The translations under genes were made by a program, and so were the position numbers. Below the pieces are notes generated by a model, which saw nothing but the letters and a program-made list of their open reading frames with translations, was not told where the DNA came from and made no database searches. 64,000 nt of DNA from Rhabdothermincola salaria (GTDB lineage Bacteria; Actinomycetota; Acidimicrobiia; Acidimicrobiales; Acidimicrobilacustridaceae): NCBI RefSeq assembly GCF_021246445.1, contig NZ_JAJQXW010000001.1:1320168-1384167 (forward strand), read 5' to 3'. Every line of letters begins with the position of its first letter. Position 1 is the stretch's first letter. Below, in pieces: positions 38,172 through 48,731 of this stretch.

Positions 38172-39143
38172 GTGACCTCCCTCGAGCCTCCGCCCCTCAA
38201 CCCGGCCCAGCGCGACCTGCTCGACCTGCTCGGCGCCCCCGCCGAGGCCCGCCCGGTGTTCGACGCCGGCCTGCGCCACGAGCTGCGCGCCGAGCTCGAG
38301 GAGGGCCTGGCACCGGTGGCCGAGGAGCTGGGCCCGGACGACTCGCTGTGGGTGGCCAAGCACACGCTGACCAGCGTGCACGGGTGCGAGGGCCGTCACC
38401 TGGCCGAGAAGGCGGGCGACTTCGCCTGGAGCCCGGCGCTGGCTCGCGGTGCGGTGGTCCACAAGGCGGTGGAGCTCTCGGTGCACTGGCGGGGCGAGCT
38501 GATCCCGCTCGACCTGGTCGACGAGGCCATGGCCCGGTTGGCCAACGACGACAAGTCGATCTCCGATTGGCTGCGCACCTGCACCGAGAGCGATCGGGCC
38601 GAGCTGCGATCGGTCGCCGGCGAGCGGGTGACCTCCTTCCTCGAGTGCTTCCCCCCGTTGTCGTCGCGCTGGGTCCCCGTCACCGAGGGCCGCCTCCGCG
38701 CCGACCTGCTCGGCGGCAAGGTGGTGCTGCAGGGTCGCACCGACCTCACGCTCGGCCGGGCCGACGGCACCCGGGCCGGCAAGGTCGTGGTCGACCTGAA
38801 GACCGGCGGCTTCTCCCCCGCGCACACCGACGACCTGCGCTTCTACGCCCTCGTCGACACCCTGCGCATCGGCACGCCGCCCCGTCTCATCGCCTCGTAC
38901 TATCTCGACCAGGCCCGGGCCCAGCCCGAAGCCGTCACCGAGCACGTGCTGCGCGCCGCCGTGGCCCGCACCATCGACGGGGTCCGCAAGCTCCACGAGC
39001 TCGAGGGGGGTCGCGCCCCGGAGCTGCGGCCGGGCCCGCCGTGTCGCTGGTGCCCCGTGCTGGCCTCCTGCGCCACCGGTCGGGAACACCTGGGCGACGA
39101 CGCCGATGACGAGCGCTGGGACGACGCAGACGACGAGATCTGA
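38172..39143 (+). CDS. PD-(D/E)XK nuclease family protein (RecB/Cas4-like fold)
   Basis: RGAVVHKAVE, GRTDL, VVDLKTG, C-terminal CRWCPVLASC plus N-terminal Cys. Confidence 0.85.
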   Translation: MTSLEPPPLNPAQRDLLDLLGAPAEARPVFDAGLRHELRAELEEGLAPVAEELGPDDSLWVAKHTLTSVHGCEGRHLAEKAGDFAWSPALARGAVVHKAVELSVHWRGELIPLDLVDEAMARLANDDKSISDWLRTCTESDRAELRSVAGERVTSFLECFPPLSSRWVPVTEGRLRADLLGGKVVLQGRTDLTLGRADGTRAGKVVVDLKTGGFSPAHTDDLRFYALVDTLRIGTPPRLIASYYLDQARAQPEAVTEHVLRAAVARTIDGVRKLHELEGGRAPELRPGPPCRWCPVLASCATGREHLGDDADDERWDDADDEI

Positions 39144-39195
39144 CCGCAGCCGGGCCCAGGCCTCACGGGACCCGGGTGCTCGAGCGAGGGACCGC

Positions 39196-40581
39196 TCAGC
39201 GCCCTTCGACGGCGGCCTCGACGGCCTCGCTCTCGGCCACATCGAGCTGCAGCTCCCCCTCGTGGACCCGGTCGTGGTCGGGGACGTCGTCCATGTGGAC
39301 GAAGAGGTCCGTGGCGAAGCGCAGGACGAAGAAGACGCCGAGGAACAACACGCCCGCCCCGGCCACCGTCCACTGCGGTCCGATGACGTCGATCAGGGCG
39401 CCCTGGACCAGCGAGCCGATGGGCATGGCCAGGGTGAGCGACATCACGTAGAGGGCGAGCACCCGGCCTCGCATGAGCTCGGTGACCTGCATCTGGATGG
39501 TGGTGTTGAGCGTCGAGGAGATGCCCAGGTATCCCGCCCCCGACACCAGCAGGGCCGCGGCACCCACCGCGTAGACGGGGGCCGCACCGACCGCCACGAG
39601 GGCGGCGCCGTAGCCGACCATGGCCAGCGACACCATGGACCCGCGGCGCTGGCGGGACCCCCAGCCCGCCCACACCGGAGCGGAGAGGATGGATCCGATG
39701 CCGATGCACGCCGCCAGCACGCCGTAGGCGCCGTCGCCGACGTCGTACACCTCCTGGGCGAACACCACGACCAGGTTGAACAGCGGCCCGCCGAGGAGCC
39801 CCAGGGCGAAGACGACGGCCAGCGACGCCACGATGCCCCGCTGGGTGCGCACGTAGCGCATGGCGGTCCACATCTCGGCCAGGACCCGTGGTCGACCCTG
39901 GGACGGGGGACGTTCGATGCGGGGCACCTTCACGAGGACGAGACCGCCCACGATGGCGAAGAACGACACCGCGTTGACGAAGAAGGCCCACGAGGGCCCG
40001 GCGGTGGCGATGACCAGGCCGCCGAGCGCGGGCCCGAACGCTCGGGCCGCGTTGAACTGGGCGGAGTTCAAGGTGACCGCGTTGAGCAGGAGGCGACGCG
40101 GCACCAGCGACGGGACGAACGCCTGCCACGACGCCACCGTGATGCCCGCCACGCACGACACGGCGGTGACCAGGACGATCAGGACCCCCACGGACCGCAC
40201 CCCCGCGGCCCAGGTGAGCCACAGTCCGGCGGTCAGCAGGCCCTGCAGGCCGGCGCCGATGGCCAAGACCCTGCGCCGGTCGAAGCGGTCGGCCACCGAG
40301 CCCGCCATGGGGCCCAGCAAGACCATCGGGAGCAGCATCATGAAGGCGGTGAACCCCAGCCAGGCCCCGCTGCCGGTGAGCTGGAAGACCACGAAGGGCA
40401 CGGCCACGTTCTGGAGCCACTGGCCGGTCTGGGACACCAGCGACGCCGTCCACATCACCGCGAAGTTCCGCTCTCGGAAGGAGGCGAACGCCGAGATCCG
40501 CTCGGCCGTCGATGCGTCGTCGGGCGACGCGGCTGGTGTCGCCCGAGCCGGAGCGGGGGCGGGCTCCGGGGCGTGGTCCAT
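39196..40581 (-). CDS. MFS transporter
   Basis: GSVADRFDRRR motif A; about 12 hydrophobic segments; MRGRV. Confidence 0.9.
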   Translation of the reverse strand: MDHAPEPAPAPARATPAASPDDASTAERISAFASFRERNFAVMWTASLVSQTGQWLQNVAVPFVVFQLTGSGAWLGFTAFMMLLPMVLLGPMAGSVADRFDRRRVLAIGAGLQGLLTAGLWLTWAAGVRSVGVLIVLVTAVSCVAGITVASWQAFVPSLVPRRLLLNAVTLNSAQFNAARAFGPALGGLVIATAGPSWAFFVNAVSFFAIVGGLVLVKVPRIERPPSQGRPRVLAEMWTAMRYVRTQRGIVASLAVVFALGLLGGPLFNLVVVFAQEVYDVGDGAYGVLAACIGIGSILSAPVWAGWGSRQRRGSMVSLAMVGYGAALVAVGAAPVYAVGAAALLVSGAGYLGISSTLNTTIQMQVTELMRGRVLALYVMSLTLAMPIGSLVQGALIDVIGPQWTVAGAGVLFLGVFFVLRFATDLFVHMDDVPDHDRVHEGELQLDVAESEAVEAAVEGR

Positions 40582-40664
40582 GGCGATCGACCTTACCGGC
40601 GCGCTCGTCGAACCATCGAAGCCACCGGACGCCCTCGCGCCGCCTCACGAGGGGCGCCCGGACG

Positions 40665-41255
40665 TCAGTCCAGCCACTCCCGGCCGAGCTCGAGCCGCCG
40701 CTCGTCCCACTCCTCGGCGGTGATGGCGTAGCGCACGTGGTCCTCCCACTCGCCGTTGATCTCGAGGTAGCGCACGGCGACGCCCTCCTCGCGTATGGCG
40801 AGCTTCTCCACCACGCGCCGACTGGCGGCGTTGCGGGGGATGATGGCGATCTGGATGCGATGGAGGCGCAGCTCCTCGAAGGCGAAGCGGGCCACCACCA
40901 CCAGCGCCTCGGGGGTGTAGCCCTGGCCCGCGTGGGCCTCGTCGATCCAGTAGCCCACGTACGCGCTCTGGAACGGTCCCCGCTGGATGGACGACAGGTT
41001 GATCTCCCCGGCGAACGACCCGTCGACGAAGACCCCGAAGCCGTACCCCGCGCCGAGCTGGCGCTCGCGTTGGCGCGCCGAGCAGCGCACCGCGAACGCG
41101 TCGCGATCCTCGACGACGTCGGGCTGCCCCGGAACCCGGGTGGGCTCCCAACGGGTGAGCCACTCCTCGTTGCGGCGACGGACCTCGCGCCACGAGGGGA
41201 AGTCCGAGACCACGAGGGGGCGCAGGAGCACTCGCCGGCCGAACAGGGTGGTCAC
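40665..41255 (-). CDS. RimJ/RimL family GNAT acetyltransferase
   Basis: VGYWIDEAHAGQGY, PRNAASRRVVEK, YLEINGEWEDH. Confidence 0.9.
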   Translation of the reverse strand: MTTLFGRRVLLRPLVVSDFPSWREVRRRNEEWLTRWEPTRVPGQPDVVEDRDAFAVRCSARQRERQLGAGYGFGVFVDGSFAGEINLSSIQRGPFQSAYVGYWIDEAHAGQGYTPEALVVVARFAFEELRLHRIQIAIIPRNAASRRVVEKLAIREEGVAVRYLEINGEWEDHVRYAITAEEWDERRLELGREWLD

Positions 41256-41368
41256 GGGCGGCGATCCTACCCATGAGGGGTGATGGTCGAGCCGCCCCCG
41301 GTCGCCGCCGGGACGGCGTTCGGTCCGCGGTTCCGACGGGGGCAGGCCCGCGCCGGGCGTGGCCGAGC

Positions 41369-42280
41369 TCACCCGGCGATCGACATGGCCAGACCGTCGA
41401 GGATGTCGGCCTCGGAGACCAGTACCTCGCCGATGGCGAAGCGCCGCATGACCGTGACCAGCACGCACAGGCCACCGACGATGACGTCGGCCCGCTGGGC
41501 TTCGAGGCCCGGGTTGTGCACGCGGTCGGCCAGCGCCTCGGTGGCGAGCGTGCGAAAGACGTCCTCGGCTGCGTCCTTGGTGAGACGGAAGTGATGGATC
41601 CGGTCGCGGTCGTAGGCGGCCAGGCCCATCTCGACCGCCGCCGCGGTGGACACGGTTCCGGCCAACCCCACGAAGGTGCGCGTGTCGGAGAAGTCGGGCA
41701 GCTCGCGCAGCACGTCGTCGAGGTGGATGTCGATCACCGAGATGGCCTGGCTGAGCTCGGTGGCCGTGGGGGGATCGTGGTGCAACCACGCCTCGGTCAT
41801 GCGCACGCAGCCCATGTCGGTGGAGATCGCCCCCTCCGCCTGCCGGTGCCCGTAGACGAACTCGGTGGATCCTCCGCCGATGTCGAACACGAGGAACGGC
41901 CCTTGGGCGGGGTCGAGGTCGGCGGTGGCCCCGAGGAAGGAGAGCCGGCCCTCCTCGTCGCCGGTCAACAGCTCGGGTCGGGCGCCGACGATCTCGCCGG
42001 CCGCAGCGAAGAAGTCCTCGCGGTTGGCGGCGTCGCGCGCCGCCGACGTGGCGGCCATCCGGACCCGTTCGACGCCGAAGCGGTCCATCACCCCGCGGTA
42101 CTCGCGCAACACGTCGAGGGTGCGCTCGACAGCCGCCGGGTCGAGGCGTCCGGTGGCACCGACGCCCTGACCGAGGCGGGTGATGCGCATGAGCCGCTCG
42201 AGGGTGGTGGTGCCGTCCTGGCTGACGAGGAGGCGGACCGAGTTGGTGCCGCAGTCGATGGCGGCGACCGGGGCGCTCAT
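41369..42280 (-). CDS. ppx: Ppx/GppA family exopolyphosphatase
   Basis: AIDCGTNSVRL, ATSAARDA, DIGGGSTE, SEADILDG. Confidence 0.92.
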   Translation of the reverse strand: MSAPVAAIDCGTNSVRLLVSQDGTTTLERLMRITRLGQGVGATGRLDPAAVERTLDVLREYRGVMDRFGVERVRMAATSAARDAANREDFFAAAGEIVGARPELLTGDEEGRLSFLGATADLDPAQGPFLVFDIGGGSTEFVYGHRQAEGAISTDMGCVRMTEAWLHHDPPTATELSQAISVIDIHLDDVLRELPDFSDTRTFVGLAGTVSTAAAVEMGLAAYDRDRIHHFRLTKDAAEDVFRTLATEALADRVHNPGLEAQRADVIVGGLCVLVTVMRRFAIGEVLVSEADILDGLAMSIAG

Positions 42281-42765
42281 GAGGTGATCCTCCCGGGGGC
42301 ATCGGCGGGCATGAGGTCGGTGTCGAGGAGTTGCTCGTGCACCCACGCTCCCACCGGGTCGGCACCGCCGGCCAACCAGTGGGCGTAGTGGGCGTGGAGG
42401 CACTTCACGCCGCGGCGGGTGCCCCCGACCCCGCCGAAGGGCTTCGGGCCCTCGTAGCCCGTCGGGAGGTCGCCGTCGCGCTCCGCGGCGTGGGCGGCGT
42501 GGGCTCGGGCGATCGCCTCTGCGTCGAGCTCGGCTTCGGCCCGGCGCACCCCGCCATGGGACTCGAGCGTGCCGATCGCCGCCCGTAGGCCGGAGTGAAC
42601 CAGCCAGTGGCGGGTGGGCATGGGAGTGCCGTCGTCGAGCAAGGGCGCGTTGCGCAGCACCGCGGGGTCGCCGGACACCGTGCGCACGACGACGTCGAAG
42701 TCGCCCCGTGGGATCCGGCCGAGGAGCACGGCGACGCGCTCGCGGTCGGCCGGAGACGCGGTCAC
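42277..42765 (-). CDS. DUF501 domain protein
   Basis: DDGTPMPT, GVGGTRRGVKCLHAHYAH; coupled to ppx. Confidence 0.88.
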   Translation of the reverse strand: MTASPADRERVAVLLGRIPRGDFDVVVRTVSGDPAVLRNAPLLDDGTPMPTRHWLVHSGLRAAIGTLESHGGVRRAEAELDAEAIARAHAAHAAERDGDLPTGYEGPKPFGGVGGTRRGVKCLHAHYAHWLAGGADPVGAWVHEQLLDTDLMPADAPGRITS

Positions 42766-43568
42766 CGCCGGCGGCGAAGGAGGCGCCACACCACCACCGC
42801 GGCGATGGTGAGGCCGAGCAGCGGGACCAACCGCTTGAGCATCGGCGAGCCGGCGTGCTCGAGCAGGTCGATCGCCTCGGGCTCGGGGGCCTCGACGCGG
42901 CGGACTCCGCCGGGACGGCCGGTGGCCCCCTCGGCGTCGGACTCGGCGGCCTCGGCGGCCACCGCCGCTTGCTGGTCGACGATGCCCGCGGCGTCCTCGG
43001 ACTCGGCGACGGCGGCCTCGCCCGCAGCCGCTTCGACCGCGGCGTCGTCGGCCGCGGCCTCGACCGCCGCCAGGTCGGCTGCGACCCCCGCCTGCTCGCC
43101 GGCGCCACCCTCGGTGTCGTCGAGGTCGACGAGGACGGTCGTCTCGAGGTTGTCGACGAACTGCGTGAGCAACTTGGCGCTGACGTCGGCCAGAACACCA
43201 CGGCCGAACTGGGCGACCTTGCCGGTGACGGTGAGATCGGTGGTCACCTCGACGTGCGTGCCGCCGTCGGCTTCGGTGAGCACCGCCGTGATGGTGGCGT
43301 TGGCGTTGCCCGCCCCCCGGGTGTCGCGCCCGGTGGCGTCGAGCACGGCTCGGTGGTTGGCCTCGTCGAGCTCGGCGAAGGTGGCCTTGCCCTTGTACTG
43401 GGCGGTGATGGGGCCGACCTTCACCTTCACGATGCCCCGGTACTCGTCGCCCTCGACCTCCTGGAGCTGCGCGCCGGGAAGGCACGGAGCGATCCGCTCG
43501 ACGTCGGTGAGCACTGCCCAGGCCTGATCGACCGGCACACTCACGTCGAAGGTGTTGATCAGCTCCAT
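42762..43568 (-). CDS. CoxG/SRPBCC family protein with acidic linker and C-terminal membrane anchor
   Basis: AWAVLTDVERIAPCLPGA, VKVKVGPI, TGKVAQFGRG. Confidence 0.88.
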   Translation of the reverse strand: MELINTFDVSVPVDQAWAVLTDVERIAPCLPGAQLQEVEGDEYRGIVKVKVGPITAQYKGKATFAELDEANHRAVLDATGRDTRGAGNANATITAVLTEADGGTHVEVTTDLTVTGKVAQFGRGVLADVSAKLLTQFVDNLETTVLVDLDDTEGGAGEQAGVAADLAAVEAAADDAAVEAAAGEAAVAESEDAAGIVDQQAAVAAEAAESDAEGATGRPGGVRRVEAPEPEAIDLLEHAGSPMLKRLVPLLGLTIAAVVVWRLLRRRR

Positions 43569-44140
43569 CGGTCGAGATCCTCCACTGTGTCGATGTCGAG
43601 CGCGTCGCCCGGGCACGCTACCTCGCCGACGAGTTCGGGCCTCCCACGCATGAGCGTCCGCGCGCCCTCGTCGCCGGTCTGGGCCAGCAGGGGCCACACC
43701 TCGCGGTCGAGGCGGACGGGGTTGCCGCGCTGACCGCCGTAGGTGGCGGCGGCGATGGGTCGTCCCACGTCCTCGGTGGCCACGAGCCGCCAGGCGTCGG
43801 CGCCGACGAAGGGCTGGTCGGCCAGGCCCACGACGAGGGCGTCGAATCCCCCGACGGTGGCGGCGTGGACGGCCACCGCCAGCGACGTCGCCTGCCCCTC
43901 GGCCCACCTCGGGTTGTCGAGCACGACCACCCCGCCGGGAAGCGCCCCGGTGAGGTCCGCCGCGCCGGTCACGACGAACACCGCCGCGAACACCTCGGCG
44001 CCGACGGCCGCCTCCACCGCGTGGGTCACCAGGGCCCGACCGCGCAGCGTCGCCAACTGCTTGGGTCCGCCCTCGAACCGGCTGGAGCCGCCGGCGGCGA
44101 GCACGGCGGCCGCCACCAGCGGCGCGTCGACGTCGGCCAT
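43559..44140 (-). CDS. Molybdenum cofactor cytidylyltransferase-like (MocA family)
   Basis: VLAAGGSSRF, PKQL, LADQP, GNPV, GDEGAR, DIDT. Confidence 0.88.
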   Translation of the reverse strand: MADVDAPLVAAAVLAAGGSSRFEGGPKQLATLRGRALVTHAVEAAVGAEVFAAVFVVTGAADLTGALPGGVVVLDNPRWAEGQATSLAVAVHAATVGGFDALVVGLADQPFVGADAWRLVATEDVGRPIAAATYGGQRGNPVRLDREVWPLLAQTGDEGARTLMRGRPELVGEVACPGDALDIDTVEDLDRWS

Positions 44141-44192
44141 CGACCCAGTCAACCAGCGTGGTGGCCGGGGCGGGGTCGATAGGGTGCGGCCC

Positions 44193-44639
44193 ATGGCCCC
44201 CCTCACCCCGCCCAACATCATCGCGTCGGTGATCCTCGCCGAGTCGGCCCAGGTGGCCGAGGGCAAGCTGTTCCTCCTCGGAGGTGGGCTCGCCATCCTC
44301 CCCGCCCAGCCCAAGCCCATCTCGCTGGCTCTGCTGTTGCAGGTGCCGTGGGATCGGGCCGAGGAGCGCCTCGACTGGGTGTGCGAGCTCCTCGACGAAG
44401 ACGGCGTGCCCGTCCTCGTGGGCGAGCGTCCGGTGATGGTCAACGGCCAGTTCCAGGCCGGTCGGCCGGCCCAGTGGCCCGAGGGGGCACCGCTCAGCGT
44501 GCCCATCGCGATCAACTTCTCCGCCCTCCCGCTGCAGGCCGGCCGCCGCTACACCTGGCGCCTGGTCATCGACGGGTCCACCGAGCCCGAGTGGCAGACC
44601 AGCTTCTCGGTGGCCAACCCTCCGGAGCGCCCGGCCTGA
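44193..44639 (+). CDS. Hypothetical protein (DUF6941-like)
   Basis: [31 protein letters not shown]. Confidence 0.7.
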   Translation: MAPLTPPNIIASVILAESAQVAEGKLFLLGGGLAILPAQPKPISLALLLQVPWDRAEERLDWVCELLDEDGVPVLVGERPVMVNGQFQAGRPAQWPEGAPLSVPIAINFSALPLQAGRRYTWRLVIDGSTEPEWQTSFSVANPPERPA

Positions 44640-44722
44640 GCCACGCGTCGGGGAGGCCGCCAGCCGGGCCACCGGTCAACAGGTACTGTGCCGGGGGAAT
44701 CGCCGCAGAATCGAGGGGGACG

Positions 44723-45219
<497 letters not shown>

Positions 45220-45223
<4 letters not shown>

Positions 45224-46044
45224 TCCCCGCCGCCTTCGACTACCAGCGCGCCGACTCCGCCGACGAGGCCATCTCACTGCTCACCGAGCACGGCGACGAG
45301 GCCAAGCTGCTGGCCGGCGGCCACTCGCTGCTGCCGCTCATGAAGCTCCGCCTGGCCGCCCCTTCGGTGCTGGTCGACGTCGGACGCCTCGACGACCTGC
45401 GCTACGTGCGCGACGAGGGCGACCACGTGGCCATCGGGGCCCTCACCCGCCATCGCGACCTCGAGACCGACGCCCTCCTGGCCACCGAGGTGCCGCTGCT
45501 GGCCCACGCCGCCGGCGAGGTGGGTGACCCGCAGGTCCGGCATCGGGGCACCTTCGGGGGCTCTCTCGCCCACGCCGATCCGGCATCGGACCTCCCGGCC
45601 GTGCTGTTGGCTCTCGGGGGCACGCTCGTCGCCCGCGGCCCCGGCGGCGAGCGCACCATCGCCGCCGGCGACTTCTTCGAGGGGTTCCTCGAGTCGGCCC
45701 TGGCCCCCGACGAGCTCCTCACCGAGATCCGCGTGCCCAAGTGCCCCGGCGCCGGCTGGTCGTTCCAGAAGTTCAACCGCCGGGCCCAGGACTGGGCCAT
45801 CGTCGGGGTGGCGGCCGTGGTCGGCGACTCCGTCACCGGCGTCGGGCTGGTCAACATGGGTTCCACCCCGCTCTACGCCGCCGGTGTCGTCGACGCGCTC
45901 GGCCAGGGTGCCGACGCCGCCTCCGCCGCCGACCGGGCGACCGAGGGCACCGAGGCCCAAGCCGACAACAACGCGAGCGTCGAGTACCGCGAGCACCTCG
46001 CCCGCGTCCTCACCCGCCGCGCCCTCGAAGCCTGCGGCCGATAA
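45220..46044 (+). CDS. Molybdoenzyme medium (FAD) subunit, CoxM-like
   Basis: [39 protein letters not shown]. Confidence 0.93.
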
Positions 46045-46050
46045 CACTCA

Positions 46051-46433
46051 GCTCCGGTCGGCAAGCCGCGACATCTTGCTCCGGTCGGCAAGCCTCCCTC
46101 CGCCGCCTTCGGCGAAGCGCGTGGCCTGTCTGAGGCTCCGTCGCTGGCGCTCCTCCGCCTGTTGCGAGTCGGCTGACGGCCTGCGCCAGCAACTCGGGGC
46201 CGAGCGGGTTCCGGGGGGTGGCCCGCACCACCGGTTCTGACGCGCGCACGGGAGCGAGTGCGGCTCGGCGGCCGGCGCCGGCGATCGACGAAGGGTTCGT
46301 CGACCACTGCCCGAGCTCGACGAAGCTGCCGCTGCGAGCGACCGAGCACGTCAGGTTCTGGTGCGGGACAGGACCCGCCGGGACCCCGAGGACCCGAACA
46401 GGCGGTGCGTGGGGTCCGGGGGTGGCCCGCACC
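46051..46433. repeat. Cluster of short REP-like repeats and hairpins
   Basis: GCTCCGGTCGGCAAGCC at 46051-46067 and 46078-46094; TCCGGGGG(G)TGGCCCGCACC at 46210-46229 and 46415-46433; TCGACGAA-GGG-TTCGTCGA at 46285-46303. Confidence 0.65.
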
Positions 46434-46466
46434 GCGGCCCGACGAGCTCGCGAGGGGGGCCCCGTG

Positions 46467-47252
46467 TCAGTGGATCGGGCCGGTGGTGGTGCGCAGGCTG
46501 GAGGAGGGACGACCGGTGCGGGTGGCGATGATCTCGGCCACGATGGCCACCGCCGTCTCCTCGGGGGTGCGGGCCCCGAGGTCGAGGCCGATCGGGGCGT
46601 GCAACCGGGCGTCGACCGCCGCCATGTCGGCTCCCTCGGCCTCCAAGCGGTCGAGGCGCTCGGCACACGTGCGGCGGCTGCCCATGGCACCGAGGTAGCC
46701 GACGTCGGTGGTGAGGGCGGCGAGGATGGCCGGCACGTCGAACTTGTGGTCGTGGGTCAGCACGCACACCGCGTCGCGCGGGCCGAGCCGCTCCCCCACC
46801 CGGTCCAAGAGGCGGTGGGGCCAGTCGACCACGACCTCGTCGGCGTCGGGGAAGCGCCGCTCGGTGGCGAACACCTCGCGGGCGTCGCACACCGTCACCC
46901 GGTAGCCGAGGACCTTGGCCACCTTCACCAGGGCGCCGGTGAAGTCGACCGCCCCGAACACGAGCATCTGCGGGGGCGGGGCGAAGCTCTCGACGAACAC
47001 GGCCACGGCCTGCTCGCGGGCCTCGCCGTGCGGGCCGTAGTGGCGCACGCTGGTGCGACCGGACTCGAGCTCGCCGAGGGCGTCGCGCACGACGACCCGG
47101 TCGAGGTCGGGGTCACCCAGGGTGCCCATGGCCTCCACGCCCTCGCCGACGAGGATCTTGGCCCCGGTACCGGGACCCTCGATGACGGTGGCCAGCACCA
47201 CCGGACGCTGGTCGGCGACGGCATCGCGCCAGGTGTCGTAGAGGGATGCCAT
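46467..47252 (-). CDS. XdhC/CoxI family accessory protein, C-terminal part
   Basis: VFGAVDF, LTHDHKFD, YLGAMGSR, HAPIGLDLGARTPEETAVAIVAE. Confidence 0.9.
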   Translation of the reverse strand: MASLYDTWRDAVADQRPVVLATVIEGPGTGAKILVGEGVEAMGTLGDPDLDRVVVRDALGELESGRTSVRHYGPHGEAREQAVAVFVESFAPPPQMLVFGAVDFTGALVKVAKVLGYRVTVCDAREVFATERRFPDADEVVVDWPHRLLDRVGERLGPRDAVCVLTHDHKFDVPAILAALTTDVGYLGAMGSRRTCAERLDRLEAEGADMAAVDARLHAPIGLDLGARTPEETAVAIVAEIIATRTGRPSSSLRTTTGPIH

Positions 47253-47263
47253 CGTCGAGCCGA

Positions 47264-47584
47264 CTACCAGTCCAGCGGTTCGAGGAAGAGGTGGACCGTG
47301 CCGCCGCAGGTGAGCCCGACGGCGAAGGCCTCGTCGTCGCTGTAGCCGAAGGTGACCAGCCGGGCCTCGCCGCTGTCGTGCACCTCGAGGGCCTCGGACA
47401 CGACGGCGCCTTCGACGCAGCCGCCCGACACCGAGCCGGCCACCTCGCCGTCGTCGGCCACGGCCATGGCCGCCCCGGGCAGCCGAGGACCGGAGCCCTC
47501 GATGTCGACCACGCGGGCCACCACGATGCGGCGACCGTCGGCTCGCCACCGTTCGATGTCGGGGATGAGTTCCTTCACCGGCAC
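47264..47584 (-). CDS. XdhC/CoxI family accessory protein, N-terminal part
   Basis: GSGPRLPGAAM, GSVSGGCVE, VGLTCGG. Confidence 0.9.
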   Translation of the reverse strand: MPVKELIPDIERWRADGRRIVVARVVDIEGSGPRLPGAAMAVADDGEVAGSVSGGCVEGAVVSEALEVHDSGEARLVTFGYSDDEAFAVGLTCGGTVHLFLEPLDW

Positions 47585-47606
47585 TGCTCGCGGTCTGGTC
47601 GGGGGG

Positions 47607-48731
47607 TCACCGGGCGATCACCCGGGCCAGCTCCTCGAGGGCATCCACGGAGTGGCCCTCGACGAAGTCGTCGACGAACGGTAGCGCCGCGGCCATGCCC
47701 TGCGCGAGGGGGGCGTACTCAGGTGAGGCCTTCAGGGGGTTCACCCACACCACCCGGTGCGCCACCCGGGACAGGCGAGCCATCTGCTCGGCCAGCTCGG
47801 CGGGGTCACCCCGGTCCCAGCCGTCGGAGAGGATCACCACGGTGGCGCCCCGGGCCATGCCCCGCACCCCCCAGGCGTCGTTGAAGGCCTGCAGGCCCTC
47901 CCCCAGCCGGGTGCCGCCGGACCAGTCGGGCACGGCCGCCGCGGCCCTGGTCAGCGCCGCGTCGGGGTCGCGGGTGGTGAGCTCCCGGGTGAGGCGGGTG
48001 AGTCGGGTGCCGAGGGTGAAGACCTCGACCCGCGTGCGTCCGCTCACGGCCGCGTGGGCGAAGCGCAGCAGGGCCCGGCTGTAGGTCTCCATGGAACCGC
48101 TGACGTCGAGCAGCACCACGATGCGCCGGGGTCGGGTGCGGCGTTCCAGCGTGCGGCGTTGCAGCGGCTCTCCCCCGGTGCGCAGGGCGGCGCCCACGGT
48201 CCGACGCAGGTCCGGGTGCCCCCGAGGGCGGCGGCTCGGGCGCAGCCGGCGGGACCGTCGGGCGGCGCCCAGCAGCCTCAGGTCGGCCATCAACCGCCGG
48301 GCCTCGGCCAGCTCGGCCTCGTCGTAGTCGGCGAAGTCCTTGGCCCGCAACACCTCGTGGGCGCTGAAGCGCAGGGCCTGCACCGCCCCGGCGTCGTCCG
48401 CCGCTGGTGGCGGGGTCCCGTCACCGCCGTCGTCCTCGTCGTCGGTGACCAACGTCGTCGGGACGACCGGCTCGTCGCGGTCCGGCCCGGCCTCGCCGCC
48501 CAGCCACCACCGGGCGAACACGGCGTCATGGGTGGCCGTCTGCTCGGGGCCGGTGAGCAGGGTGGCCCGGCCCGCCCAGTACAGCTCGTCGAGGCTGCCC
48601 CCGAGCTCGGCCAGGGCCCGCAGGTACGACACGGCGGCCGTGACCGGCACCGCCACACCGGCGCCGCGCAGGGCGGCCACGAAGCCGAGGGCGGTCTCCT
48701 CGGCGGTGGCCGGTGCCGGCGCAGAGGTCAT
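47607..48731 (-). CDS. CoxE-like VWA domain protein
   Basis: DVSGSM, WSGGTRLG, ILSDGWDRGD, WVNPL. Confidence 0.9.
   Translation of the reverse strand: MTSAPAPATAEETALGFVAALRGAGVAVPVTAAVSYLRALAELGGSLDELYWAGRATLLTGPEQTATHDAVFARWWLGGEAGPDRDEPVVPTTLVTDDEDDGGDGTPPPAADDAGAVQALRFSAHEVLRAKDFADYDEAELAEARRLMADLRLLGAARRSRRLRPSRRPRGHPDLRRTVGAALRTGGEPLQRRTLERRTRPRRIVVLLDVSGSMETYSRALLRFAHAAVSGRTRVEVFTLGTRLTRLTRELTTRDPDAALTRAAAAVPDWSGGTRLGEGLQAFNDAWGVRGMARGATVVILSDGWDRGDPAELAEQMARLSRVAHRVVWVNPLKASPEYAPLAQGMAAALPFVDDFVEGHSVDALEELARVIAR

Noticed and set aside
38172..39143. CRISPR-associated Cas4
   Set aside because: No cas1/cas2 and no regularly spaced repeat array seen in the window
46051..46094. Mini CRISPR array
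   Set aside because: Only two 17-bp repeats with a 10-bp spacer; too short
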